From: a virus | Taxonomy: Duplodnaviria; Caudoviricetes | Reading direction: 5' to 3' (one strand) | Length of the DNA: 39,718 nt | IMG/VR virus record: IMGVR_UViG_3300020044_001367 | Span: 1-39,718 of that record | In this document: piece by piece, positions 16,929-26,692 of the stretch | Numbering within the stretch: position 1 is the stretch's first letter | How the letters are laid out: the number at the start of each line of letters is the position of its first letter | Notes under the pieces: model-generated | What the model was told of the DNA's origin: nothing | Databases searched by the model: none | The model's input: the letters and a program-made list of their open reading frames with translations, nothing else | Made by a program: the position numbers and the translations under genes

Positions 16929-17119
16929 AATGGTTACTGAAGGGCGGTGAACGCCATGAGGCGTTCACTTACCCTGATGAACAATGGTTTTACTACACAA
17001 TGGCGGAACGGTTTGGTTGGACACCTGAACAGGTAGATAACCTTCCCGCAAAAACAGCAGACTGGTTAATAGCAATTGCTAGAACCGTTGATGAAGTAAA
17101 AGCAGAAATGAGGGAGTAA
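16572..17119 (+). CDS. Tail assembly chaperone GT fusion via programmed -1 frameshift
   Basis: C CCA AAA at 16895-16901. The -1 frame is open to TAA 17117-17119 (SAWRDLQRLKWLLKGG...MAERFGWTPEQVDNLP...EMRE), giving about 182 aa. Confidence 0.8.
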
Positions 17120-17590
17120 ATGGCTGAAATTGTCATTACTAACTTAAATGAAGTGCTTGCCGCTATTGACGGATCTGCTGAGAAAATTGCACAAGGCGCG
17201 CAATTAGGAATTATGCGCGTTGGCCTTGCTGTTGAACGCCAGGCAAAATTAAATTTTCAAGGCACACGCTCTTACAAAAAACGCATAAGCAAAAATGGTA
17301 ATGCTTATTTAGTTACTACACCCCCGCGACATGTTGGCGGTTCAGGGCCTAACACTGTTACTGGTAATTTGAAAAGATCTATTAAAACAACTTACCGTTC
17401 TGGTTTAGGTGTTTACACTGCTGAAGTTGGGCCAACAATGATTTATGCCCGTCAAGTAGAAAAGGGCGGTGGAAAATGGCCAGCAGGAGTAAAATACCCT
17501 TACTTAGAACCCGCGGCATTGATGTTATTGAAAAATGGCACATTGACTAGAGTTTTTACAACTGCTGTTAAAGAAAAGATGGGAAGTTAA
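17120..17590 (+). CDS. HK97 gp10-like tail completion protein
   Basis: P..TGNLKRSI, VGPTMIYARQVEKG and YPYLEPA motifs. Confidence 0.75.
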   Translation: MAEIVITNLNEVLAAIDGSAEKIAQGAQLGIMRVGLAVERQAKLNFQGTRSYKKRISKNGNAYLVTTPPRHVGGSGPNTVTGNLKRSIKTTYRSGLGVYTAEVGPTMIYARQVEKGGGKWPAGVKYPYLEPAALMLLKNGTLTRVFTTAVKEKMGS

Positions 17591-17592
17591 AC

Positions 17593-20500
17593 ATGGCTGA
17601 TTTAATTCCCCCAATGCTTATTAAATTACAAGCAGATGTTAGTGAACTAAAAACAGGTTTGGCTCAAGCGCAAAATGCGCTCAAGGGTGTAGATGACTCT
17701 GTAAAAACTGCATCAAGCGGCATGGATAGTTTTGTAACAAAAATTAAACAAGTTGGCGCATCAATAGGTATTGCTTTTGCTGGAACTCAAATTTTGCAAT
17801 TTGGCAAAGATGTTATGGCTCAAGCAATGGAAGCGGAAGCGCAACAACAGCGTTTGGCTCAATTGATGAAAGTTGCAACTGGCGCAACTGATGAACAAAT
17901 AGCCTCCCTCAATGCTCAGGCTGACGCATTAGAAAAACTTGGCGTTGTAACAGGCGGCAACATTACGCAAACGCAATCACAGTTGGCAACATTTAATTTA
18001 CAGACCGATACCATTAAAAGATTGACACCTGCAATTTTAGATTATGTCACTGCTGAAAAAGGCGCTAACGCAAGTGCAGATGAATTTAAACAGATGACTA
18101 ACGGTTTGGCGCAAGCGCTTAACGGTAACTTTGGATCTCTTACAAGAGTAGGTTTTGTGCTTGATGAACACACAAAGAAACTTATTTCTGAAGGAACAGA
18201 AGCGGAAAGATCCGCGGCAATTGTAGATGTTTTAAATTCAACATACAAAGGTTTCAATGAAGAATTAAGAAACACGCCTGAAGGGCAAATGCAAGCGTTA
18301 AGAAATGATTTTAATAAATTAAAAGAAGATTTAGGCAAACAACTTTTGCCCGCGTTTAGAGCCGTTATGGGTTTTCTAACTGGAACTGTTATTCCTGGTT
18401 TGCGTTCATTAGGCAAATTTATTAAAGATAACCAAACGGTAATTATGGCATTAACTGGCGCGGTTGTTGCTGGCGTTGCGGCATGGAAATCTTATTTAGC
18501 AATTCAAAAATTAGTTGCCGTAGCAAGCACTGTTCTCAAAGTTGCGCAAGTTCTTGTTACTGGCGCTCAATTGGCTTCTATTGCTTCTACAAATGCGCTT
18601 GCCGCGTCTATGCTTAGACTTAATGCCGCAATGAGAGCCAATCCTATTGGTTTAATTGTTACCGCTATTGCGTTAGTTGCGGCAGGGTTTGTGATTGCAT
18701 ACAAAAAAAGCGAAACTTTTAGAAATGTTGTTGCTACGGTTGCTAAAGGCATTTTAACTTTTGTGGCTCTTATGATCCGCGCATGGGGCGAATACATTAC
18801 TACTTTAATGAAAGTGGTAACAGGGCCTATGAGATTATTCTTAGGCGTTATGTCAAAAATTCCAGGATTAGGTGGAGCGGCTAAGGCTGGTTTAAAATTA
18901 ATTAATGGTGCAATTGAAGGTGTTGGCGATACCGCAACTAAAGTTGCAGATAAAGTTGAAGGACTTAAAGCAAAAGTAGATAGTTTTACAGCCGCGGCTA
19001 ACAAAACTAAAGTTAAAGAAACAACAGGCGGCGGCGGCGGTGGTGGTGGCGGCGGTGGTGGCGGTGGTGACACGGTAGATGAAAAAGCAAGAAAAGCCGC
19101 TGAAAAGGCTAAGAAAGCATTAGAAAAATACAAAAAAGAAGTAGTGGACATTTATGCTGACATAAATGAGGCCATTGCTGATGCGCAAGAAAAAGCAGAT
19201 GAAGAATTAATTCAGCGTAATGAACGCATGCTTGAAGCGCAAACAGATTATGAAGAAAGAGTTGCTGAACTGCAAAAGAATTTTGCAGAAGCCAATTTAG
19301 AAGCATTAAAAGATTACAATGACGCTGTTGTCGAATTGCAATACAGATACAATGACACAAAAGAAAAAGCAGATAAGCGTTACAAAGATAGTACAACTGA
19401 AGCACAAAAGCGCTACGGTGAACGCGTCATAGAAATTGAAAAAGATTATTCTGAAAAAAAGATTGATCTTGTTAAGAAAAATCAAGAAACTATTCAGAAA
19501 GCAACTAAAGCGTACAATGAAAAAGTTGCGGATCTACAAGAAAAATATGATGAAATAACTGCAAATGCTAAGAAAAACGCGGCTGAGAAAAAAGTAAATA
19601 TTGAAAAAGATTACGGCAAAAAAATTGCTGATCTTACTAAAAACCTTGAAAACAAACTTTTAGATTTGCGTGAAAACGCTGCTAAAAAATCTGCTGATTT
19701 AACTAAGTCTGCTGCTGATAAACAATTAAACATTGTTCAACAGTCAATGGATCGCTTGCGTAATGCTTTCGCTTCTAAAACAGGATTTGATTTAGGTGAA
19801 GCCCTAAGCGGTGGTAGCCCTGAACAAGCGTTGGCAAAATTAAAATCCGCTTTAGAACAAGCCAAAAAGTTACAGGCTAACGCCGCGGCTCTTGCGGGCA
19901 TGGGTTACAGTCAAGTTTTCATAGAAGAAATTGTCAAGCAAGGCCCTGAAGCGGGAAACAAAATTGCTGAAGCATTAAAAAATGCTTCTCCTGAAGCAAC
20001 TTCAGAATTGCAATCTTTGTACGGGCAAGTCCAGAATGTTTCTGCTCGCGGTTTAGATGCTCTTGCAGCCACTATGAATCAAGGTGGCAAGTTAGCAACA
20101 GAAGAATTAACCAATGCTTACAATGCTGTTTCAACAGATCTAACCGCCGCGTTAAGTCAAGTTCAACAAACATTAAATGAAAATTTGGTTGAAGCAAACG
20201 CTTCTTATTTAGATGCTATGGCTCAAGCCAAAACTGATCGTGATGAAAAATTAGCAGAAGCAGAAAGCACATTGCTAGAAGCATTAGCCTCTGCTAAAAA
20301 AGATCTTGATAACGGCGTTGCTGATGCTCTTAAAACACTTAATGAAGCAATAATTGAAGCAAATAAAGATTTGGCTGAAGGCTTAGCAGAAGCAGAAAAA
20401 AATTATTTAGAAAATTTGGCTAAGGCTAAAAAAGATCTTGATGACGCAATAGCAGATGCTGAAAAAACACTTGCAGACACTATGGCTGAAGCGCAAAAAG

Positions 20501-21003
20501 ATCTTGATAAAGGTATGGCTGATGCGGCTAAATCGCTCAAAGAAGCCCGTGAAAAGGCTCAAAAAGATCTTGCTGAAGGTTTAGCAGACGCGGCTAAAAC
20601 TTTGCAAGACGCTTTATTAGAGGCTCAAAAAGATTATGAAAAAGCAATTGATAAAATTAACAAATCAACTTCTGATAAATTGGCTGACCTTAAACAAAAG
20701 TTGGCTGAAGTTGCGGCTGAAATGGCTAAGTTGGGTACAGCGGCGGGATCAAAAGCGGCGGTTGCGGCTATTACAAACGCCCCTGGTTATGTTCCTATTA
20801 TTCCTCAAGGCGCACCTGGCGGCGGCATTGTTGGTTTGGGTGACAAATTAACTGGCAACACAACCGTAATTACTCAAACATTTAACAACGCAACTGTTGA
20901 TCCTGGTCAAGTTGCAACCGCTACTGTAAACGCCGTTAAATATGGTGAAGCCGTAACAATTACTAATTCAGGAACACGCATGATTGATAGAATGACTGAC
21001 TAA
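17593..21003 (+). CDS. Tape measure protein
   Basis: 1136 aa, Ala/Lys/Glu-rich helical; ANPIGLIVTAIALV hydrophobic repeats; poly-Gly hinge; 11-residue periodic C-terminal repeats. Confidence 0.9.
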   Translation: MADLIPPMLIKLQADVSELKTGLAQAQNALKGVDDSVKTASSGMDSFVTKIKQVGASIGIAFAGTQILQFGKDVMAQAMEAEAQQQRLAQLMKVATGATDEQIASLNAQADALEKLGVVTGGNITQTQSQLATFNLQTDTIKRLTPAILDYVTAEKGANASADEFKQMTNGLAQALNGNFGSLTRVGFVLDEHTKKLISEGTEAERSAAIVDVLNSTYKGFNEELRNTPEGQMQALRNDFNKLKEDLGKQLLPAFRAVMGFLTGTVIPGLRSLGKFIKDNQTVIMALTGAVVAGVAAWKSYLAIQKLVAVASTVLKVAQVLVTGAQLASIASTNALAASMLRLNAAMRANPIGLIVTAIALVAAGFVIAYKKSETFRNVVATVAKGILTFVALMIRAWGEYITTLMKVVTGPMRLFLGVMSKIPGLGGAAKAGLKLINGAIEGVGDTATKVADKVEGLKAKVDSFTAAANKTKVKETTGGGGGGGGGGGGGGDTVDEKARKAAEKAKKALEKYKKEVVDIYADINEAIADAQEKADEELIQRNERMLEAQTDYEERVAELQKNFAEANLEALKDYNDAVVELQYRYNDTKEKADKRYKDSTTEAQKRYGERVIEIEKDYSEKKIDLVKKNQETIQKATKAYNEKVADLQEKYDEITANAKKNAAEKKVNIEKDYGKKIADLTKNLENKLLDLRENAAKKSADLTKSAADKQLNIVQQSMDRLRNAFASKTGFDLGEALSGGSPEQALAKLKSALEQAKKLQANAAALAGMGYSQVFIEEIVKQGPEAGNKIAEALKNASPEATSELQSLYGQVQNVSARGLDALAATMNQGGKLATEELTNAYNAVSTDLTAALSQVQQTLNENLVEANASYLDAMAQAKTDRDEKLAEAESTLLEALASAKKDLDNGVADALKTLNEAIIEANKDLAEGLAEAEKNYLENLAKAKKDLDDAIADAEKTLADTMAEAQKDLDKGMADAAKSLKEAREKAQKDLAEGLADAAKTLQDALLEAQKDYEKAIDKINKSTSDKLADLKQKLAEVAAEMAKLGTAAGSKAAVAAITNAPGYVPIIPQGAPGGGIVGLGDKLTGNTTVITQTFNNATVDPGQVATATVNAVKYGEAVTITNSGTRMIDRMTD

Positions 21004-21863
21004 TGACTACTCTAACGCAAGTATATTCTTTTGCTTTTAACAATCAAGTATTTGGCGGCGCTGGCTCTCCCTATCAAATTTTAAGCGTTGATGGCCTTGA
21101 GTCATTGCCTGGTATTCGCAATCAAGATGATAACCGTGGTTACCATGATGGCATGTTTTCAGGCCGTGACTTTTTGGCTGGCAGAACAATTTCAATTATT
21201 TTTAACACATTTGCTTTGGGTGCTAATTCAGCCCAACAAAATTACAACATTATGCAAAGCACATTGTTGCCGCAAACATCAGGCACAACACCGCTTTATT
21301 TTAAATTTCCTAACAGCCCTACATCTGAACAATTTGTAAACGCCCGTGTGCGCGCTTTGCGTACAACCGTAGATCCAAATTACACATACGGTTACATTAC
21401 ATCTCAAGTTGAATTTTTTTGCCCTGATCCTAATTACTATGATAACAATTTACAAACTTCTGTTATGTCTATAACAGCCGCGTTGGGTCGCACATACAAT
21501 AAAACATTTAATTACACATACGGCGGCGGTTCTTCAACAATTACTACAACCATTTCAAACATTGGTTGGGGTACTGCTTATCCAACAATTACAATTACAG
21601 GCCCAATTACAAACCCTATTGTTGGTGATTTAACAAGTGGAAACACGCTTAATTTTACTGGCAGTTATACTGCTTTGGACACTTTACAAATTGATTTGTA
21701 CAATCAATTGATTACATTAAATGGTTCTCCCGCCCGCAATCTTCTGATTTCAGGCACATGGTTTGATGCACCACCAGGCAATTCTTTGTACTTCTTTACT
21801 GGCACTGGCACACTAGCGGGAACAACACAGGCTACCGTTTCTTGGTATTCTGCATACATTTAG
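21003..21863 (+). CDS. Distal tail protein (Dit-like)
   Basis: Immediately after the tape measure gene; GRTISI, F.CPDP.YY, YPTITITGP and PPGN motifs. Confidence 0.75.
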   Translation: MTTLTQVYSFAFNNQVFGGAGSPYQILSVDGLESLPGIRNQDDNRGYHDGMFSGRDFLAGRTISIIFNTFALGANSAQQNYNIMQSTLLPQTSGTTPLYFKFPNSPTSEQFVNARVRALRTTVDPNYTYGYITSQVEFFCPDPNYYDNNLQTSVMSITAALGRTYNKTFNYTYGGGSSTITTTISNIGWGTAYPTITITGPITNPIVGDLTSGNTLNFTGSYTALDTLQIDLYNQLITLNGSPARNLLISGTWFDAPPGNSLYFFTGTGTLAGTTQATVSWYSAYI

Positions 21864-21871
21864 GAGAATAA

Positions 21872-22855
21872 ATGACACTACAAACACCGCCATCATGGTT
21901 ACAAGCAGGTTCTTACCCTGCCCAATATGACCGCCTAACAGCGCAAGCCATTTGGGGTACTACGGGCATTATTGGTAGCACTTCATTAGCCGTTAGCGCC
22001 AACTCTCCTGCTGGTATGTCAGTACGCGTTGCTTCAGGTTGGGCCGCGATTATTGGCACAACTACAACAAACATGGGCGTTTACACAATTTTTAATGATG
22101 CGCTAGATACGCTGACAATTACAACAGCAGATCCTACAAATCCACGCATTGATCTTGTATGCGCAACCGTAAGAGATGCTTACTATTCAGGCGCAAATAA
22201 TGATGTTATTTTTCAAGTAGTTGCTGGAACACCTAGCGGTTCTCCTGTTGCTCCCGCCCTTCCTGCTAACTCAATTTCACTTGCTACCGTGGCGGTAGGT
22301 GCGGCAGTAACTCAAATTAATAGCGGCAACATTACTGACACACGCGTGGCGGTAACAACAAATTTTGCTACTGGTGACATTACAGAGATTACCGCTGGAA
22401 CTGGTATTACTGTTACATCAGGAACAGGCCCAATTCCAACAGTCGCTATTAACACTTCTGTTACTGCTGACTTAACTACTGCTCAAACTCTGACAAACAA
22501 AACACTTACAACACCAGTTATTACACAGGGAACAGCAACCCCTACATTTACCACTAATGCTTACACATTGGTTGCTGGTGATGCGGGTAAATTGCTTCTT
22601 GCTTCTAACAGTACAACTGCTGGAACTGTTTTTATTCCAACAGATGCAACTACAAACTTTGCATTAGGCACACAAATTTCTATTCTTCAGACAGGTAGCG
22701 GAAAGATTACATTGACCGCAACAACACCTGGAACAACTACTATTTATTCAACAGGTGCAACAAGCACTTCACCTGCTTGCCGTGTGCAGTTCAGCGCTTT
22801 AACTGCAACTAAAGTTTCAGCAAATACCTGGTACATAGTGGGTGACATTTCCTAA
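21872..22855 (+). CDS. Minor tail / baseplate-fibre protein
   Basis: MSVRVASG, ADPTNPRIDLV, GTPSGSPVAPALP, ITDTR motifs of actinophage minor tail proteins; TLTNKTLT fibre repeat; C-terminal W...GD. Confidence 0.7.
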   Translation: MTLQTPPSWLQAGSYPAQYDRLTAQAIWGTTGIIGSTSLAVSANSPAGMSVRVASGWAAIIGTTTTNMGVYTIFNDALDTLTITTADPTNPRIDLVCATVRDAYYSGANNDVIFQVVAGTPSGSPVAPALPANSISLATVAVGAAVTQINSGNITDTRVAVTTNFATGDITEITAGTGITVTSGTGPIPTVAINTSVTADLTTAQTLTNKTLTTPVITQGTATPTFTTNAYTLVAGDAGKLLLASNSTTAGTVFIPTDATTNFALGTQISILQTGSGKITLTATTPGTTTIYSTGATSTSPACRVQFSALTATKVSANTWYIVGDIS

Positions 22856-23910
22856 TGCAAACTTTTTTTGGAGTAGTTGCTTCTTCCAAAAAAGGCGCGC
22901 CTGATGCTCCTACTATTGGAACAGTTACAGTTACAAATGCTACAACTGTTTCAATTCCATTTACTGCTGGTTATAGCGGTACGCCAATTCTTTCTTATGT
23001 GGCTCTTTCGTCACCATCAATTAGTTTAAGTGTTTCTGGAACTACATCACCATTAACCGTTACAGGCGCTTTTGCTTCTAATACTGCATACACTTTTCAA
23101 ATTGCAGCAGTCAATGCGGCTGGAACTGGCGCTTATTCATCTGCTTCTAATTCTGTAACTCCTAAACCAGTAACACCAAATCTTCAATATCTAGTTGTAG
23201 CAGGTGGTGGTGGTGGTGCGGCGGGCGGTGGCGGCGGTGGTGGTTATAGAACCGCTTCTGGTTATGCTGTAAGTAGCGGATCAACATATTCAGTTACCGT
23301 AGGCGCTGGCGGCGCTGGCGTTACTATTGGTAATTCTTCCGCTTTTGACACCATTTCATCTACTGGCGGCGGCGCTGGCGGTAATGCTTCCGTTGGTGGC
23401 AACGGCGGCTCAGGCGGCGGCGGCGATTATGGCAGGGCTGGTGGAACTGGTTCACAAGGTAACAATGGTGGCGCTGGAACACCTACAAGTGGATATTTTG
23501 GCGGCGGCGGTGGTGGTGGTGCTGGCGCGATTGGTCAAACACCTATCAATGATTTAGGCGGCAACGGCGGTAATGGTTTAACTGCTTTCAATGGCGGCAC
23601 TTACGCTGGTGGCGGTGGTGGTGCGGCTTCAAATGCTATTTCTTCTATTGGCGGTGACGGCGGCTCAGGCGGCGGCGGCAACGGTAGCGGTAGCAATCAC
23701 GCTAAAAGTAATGGCGTTGGTGGAACTGGCGGCGGCGCTGGTGGCGGATTTTATCCTGATGGTCAGCCAATGTTGGGCGGTTCAGGTATTGTTGTTGTGC
23801 GCTGGGCTAATAGTTACGCTCAAGCAACATCTCAAAGCGGCGCTTCATACGCAAACACAGGCGGTTACCATCAATACACATGGACTGGAAGCGGGAGCAT
23901 TACAATCTAA
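22855..23910 (+). CDS. FN3 + glycine-rich tail protein
   Basis: PDAPTIG...YTFQIAAVNAAGTGAYSSASNSVTP (FN3), then YLVVAGGGG...GGSGIVVVR Gly-rich domain. Confidence 0.75.
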   Translation: MQTFFGVVASSKKGAPDAPTIGTVTVTNATTVSIPFTAGYSGTPILSYVALSSPSISLSVSGTTSPLTVTGAFASNTAYTFQIAAVNAAGTGAYSSASNSVTPKPVTPNLQYLVVAGGGGGAAGGGGGGGYRTASGYAVSSGSTYSVTVGAGGAGVTIGNSSAFDTISSTGGGAGGNASVGGNGGSGGGGDYGRAGGTGSQGNNGGAGTPTSGYFGGGGGGGAGAIGQTPINDLGGNGGNGLTAFNGGTYAGGGGGAASNAISSIGGDGGSGGGGNGSGSNHAKSNGVGGTGGGAGGGFYPDGQPMLGGSGIVVVRWANSYAQATSQSGASYANTGGYHQYTWTGSGSITI

Positions 23911-23941
23911 TGACAAACTTTGCAGCGTGGGTTGAATTTGA

Positions 23942-25054
23942 GTGACTACAAATTACCGTTATCTTTTTGTTGATCTTTTAAGCAACTCAATTATTGGTGA
24001 ACTACCTTTAACTGGCGTTGGTTTTACTCAACAATTAAATCAGCCTGGAACTTTTCAAGGTCATTTGTTGTTATCAGGAATCAACGCCGATAAATTTAAT
24101 GTTGATCCTTCTACTATCCCTGCACATTGCGGCCTTTATGTAGATAGAAATGGCATTTTAGTATGGGGTGGAGTCATTTGGGGGCGTTCATATAACAGCA
24201 CTTCACAGATTTTAACTTTTAGCGCGCAAGAATGGATTTCATATTTCGATCATAGACGCATAACGCAAGATGTTGATTTTGTAAATATAGATCAATTGGT
24301 AATTGCTAAAACACTTATTGAAGATGCACAAGCAGCGCCCTACGGCAACATAAATGTAGGCTACAACTCAGAAGGTGAAACAACTTCAGGAGTATTGGTT
24401 AGCCGTACTTATTACAACTATGAATTTAAAAATGTATTTCAAGCCATTCAAGATTTAAGCCGACAAGGTGACGGGTTTGATTTTCACATAGATGTTGCTT
24501 ATGACGGAATAACAGGTTTGCCCGCTAAATACTTTAATACTTATTACCCGCGTAGTGGTTTAATTTATTCTTTTGGTAATCCAAATGTTCCTGTATTTAC
24601 TTTTCCTGCTGGAAACATGGTTGAATATGAATACCCTGAAGATGGTTCAGTTGTAGCAAACACTGTTTACGCTTTAGGTGCAGGTTCTAATGAAGGTAAG
24701 CAAATTGCAACAGGGCAAGATGCAACAAAACTTGCTGAAGGTTGGGTGTTGTTAGAAACAACCGCTAACTATTCAGATGTTACAGATCAAACAATGCTTC
24801 AAGAAGTAGCAAATGCTCAAGCGCTTGCCACTTCTTACCCGCCAGTTGTTCTTAAAGTTGTAGTTCCTGCTTATGTAGATCCTGTTTTTGGTACTTATGA
24901 AGTGGGAGATGATGCCCGCATAATTATTACAGATAGCCGTTTTCCAAATACACTTGATGAAATTTATCGCATTGTTGGGCTTACAGTTCAACCTGGTGAG
25001 AGCGGCCCTGAACGCGTAACCTTATCTTTGTCACAGGGAGCGGGTGAAGCGTAA
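23942..25054 (+). CDS. Minor tail / baseplate hub-like protein
   Basis: GELPL, LYVDRNG.LVWGG.IW and YEVGD motifs of siphovirus Gp37-like minor tail proteins. Confidence 0.7.
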   Translation: MTTNYRYLFVDLLSNSIIGELPLTGVGFTQQLNQPGTFQGHLLLSGINADKFNVDPSTIPAHCGLYVDRNGILVWGGVIWGRSYNSTSQILTFSAQEWISYFDHRRITQDVDFVNIDQLVIAKTLIEDAQAAPYGNINVGYNSEGETTSGVLVSRTYYNYEFKNVFQAIQDLSRQGDGFDFHIDVAYDGITGLPAKYFNTYYPRSGLIYSFGNPNVPVFTFPAGNMVEYEYPEDGSVVANTVYALGAGSNEGKQIATGQDATKLAEGWVLLETTANYSDVTDQTMLQEVANAQALATSYPPVVLKVVVPAYVDPVFGTYEVGDDARIIITDSRFPNTLDEIYRIVGLTVQPGESGPERVTLSLSQGAGEA

Positions 25055-25269
25055 TGGCATACATAAATCAACCATTAAATTTGCAAAGAATGTTTGCAGA
25101 CATTAACAGCCGTATAAATAAATTAGAAACTGCCACCCGTTTTACTTTTCCTAATGTAACCGCTGATCCAACTTATCCGCGCATAGGTGATGCGTGGTTA
25201 AACATTACAACTAATCAAGCAAAGATAGTTGATAACGCTGGAACTGTTCGCGTCATTACCTGGACATAA
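25054..25269 (+). CDS. Small minor tail protein
   Basis: Short coiled coil (INSRINKLE) followed by DP..P..GD.W; TAATG coupling. Confidence 0.55.
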   Translation: MAYINQPLNLQRMFADINSRINKLETATRFTFPNVTADPTYPRIGDAWLNITTNQAKIVDNAGTVRVITWT

Positions 25270-25287
25270 CGGTTATACTTTTTCCCT

Positions 25288-25506
25288 ATGAACGCATTAG
25301 ATTGGGCGGCTTTAGCCGTCAGTGTCACCACTATTTTAGGTGGATTTACAGCCGCGGTTAGATGGCTTGTTAAGCATTATCTTGCTGAATTAAAACCTAA
25401 CGGTGGCAGTTCATTAAGAGATGAACAAAACAGACAGGGTGACACAATCAAGCGTTTGGAGAGCCGCATTGATGAAATTTACAGCCTTCTTATTGATCGC
25501 GCTTAG
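25288..25506 (+). CDS. Membrane protein, lysis module (N-terminal TM + coiled coil)
   Basis: One TM segment, then LKPNGGSSLRD...RLE.RID, a pattern common in actinophage lysis regions; leaderless start. Confidence 0.65.
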   Translation: MNALDWAALAVSVTTILGGFTAAVRWLVKHYLAELKPNGGSSLRDEQNRQGDTIKRLESRIDEIYSLLIDRA

Positions 25507-25657
25507 CCTTACTGGTTGCGGGTATCAAGGTTACACGCGTTACCCTTGCCAGGAATTTGTTAATTGGGAAAAAGCGGAATGTAATCCGCCGCAATGTGAA
25601 GCGGTTGGACAATGTACAAAGGATTTACTACCTAATGTGGAAACCCAAAATGTCTAG
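25472..25657 (+). CDS. Small Cys-rich lipoprotein
   Basis: Start reassigned to MKFTAFLLIALSLTGC (lipobox LTGC); four further Cys. Confidence 0.7.
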   Translation: MKFTAFLLIALSLTGCGYQGYTRYPCQEFVNWEKAECNPPQCEAVGQCTKDLLPNVETQNV

Positions 25658-25940
25658 GCGCAAATATACGCCTGAAGAATTACATGCGCGGTTGATTGTT
25701 AGCATAGGAATTTTGCTTGCTTTAGTTTTTGCTGGTTCAGTTTTTGCCATGCTGTACGCGTTGGTGTTTGTTACTCAGCCAATGGCGCAAGCGCCAAATG
25801 ATGCGGCATTTATTGATCTTGTTTCTACTCTTTGCGTATTTCTTACAGGTACGCTTTCAGGCATTTTGTCTGCAAATGGACTAAAATCTAAACCAAAACC
25901 ACAGGAGGGAAAAGAAGATGGATACAAAGAAACTAATTGA
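25650..25940 (+). CDS. Two-TM membrane protein (holin-like)
   Basis: Start reassigned to MSRRKY; two hydrophobic helices and a charged C-terminus. Confidence 0.6.
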   Translation: MSRRKYTPEELHARLIVSIGILLALVFAGSVFAMLYALVFVTQPMAQAPNDAAFIDLVSTLCVFLTGTLSGILSANGLKSKPKPQEGKEDGYKETN

Positions 25941-26385
25941 ATTGTGCAAGGCTTCAGTAGATTACACAGAAGGCACAAACAATGACACTACTTTTGGCAA
26001 ATGGTTTGGCCTTAACAATCAACCCTGGTGCGCTATGTCAGCATCAAAAATGTACTTTGATGCGGGCGCAATTAAAGCCGTAGCCAACACAAAGAAAGGC
26101 TTTGCTTCTTGTGATGCCTGGTTAAAGTACCTAACAAAGAACAATCAACTTGTGCCTATTGGACAGGCTCAAGAAGGAGATCTTGTATTTTTCCAGTTTG
26201 ATGAAGATGCTCAGCCTGATCATGTTGGCATTGTTAAAAAACACAACACGGCACTTAAAGTGCTGTATGTTTATGAAGGAAATACATCTTCAGGTAAGGC
26301 TGGAAGCCAGTCAAACGGTGATGGTTTTTACCTAAAGAAGCGTGACTATAAAACAATCATGGCGGTAGCCCGCCCAAAGGGGTAA
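25918..26385 (+). CDS. CHAP-domain endolysin
   Basis: PWCAM (catalytic Cys), GDLVFF, DHVGIV (His), EGNT; no cell-wall-binding domain. Confidence 0.88.
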   Translation: MDTKKLIELCKASVDYTEGTNNDTTFGKWFGLNNQPWCAMSASKMYFDAGAIKAVANTKKGFASCDAWLKYLTKNNQLVPIGQAQEGDLVFFQFDEDAQPDHVGIVKKHNTALKVLYVYEGNTSSGKAGSQSNGDGFYLKKRDYKTIMAVARPKG

Positions 26386-26387
26386 CA

Positions 26388-26630
26388 ATGAATAAAAAAC
26401 AATCAGACATGTTAAAATCCGCTTTACGCCATTTTGCTATCACCACGGCTGGCATTTATGTTGCTGGTGTGCATGATTGGAAAGCCGCAATCATTGGTGC
26501 GGTAGCCGCTATTGCTGGCCCTGCTATCCGTGGCATAGATAAGGCTGATCCCGCGTTTGGCCTTATCGCTGATGCGGTAACAATTGAGATTGATAAATTA
26601 GCCAAAGCAAACAAAAAGAAAACAAAATAA
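26388..26630 (+). CDS. Putative holin
   Basis: 80 aa with two hydrophobic segments and a basic C-terminus, directly after the endolysin. Confidence 0.6.
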   Translation: MNKKQSDMLKSALRHFAITTAGIYVAGVHDWKAAIIGAVAAIAGPAIRGIDKADPAFGLIADAVTIEIDKLAKANKKKTK

Positions 26631-26636
26631 AAGATT

Positions 26637-26664
26637 GCCCCGCTACGGCGGGGCTTTCTTCTTT
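26637..26664 (+). terminator. Rho-independent terminator ending the late operon
   Basis: GCCCCGC-TACG-GCGGGGC (cUACGg tetraloop) + TTTCTTCTTT. Confidence 0.85.
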
Positions 26665-26692
26665 GGGGTACGCTTTGACCAGGAGGCTTAAC

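Noticed and set aside
18042-19405. Long antisense ORFs within the tape measure gene (and similar shadow ORFs in portal, scaffold, capsid and Gly-rich genes)
   Set aside because: These are mirror-frame artefacts of biased codon usage (poly-Pro opposite poly-Gly), with no RBS or motifs.
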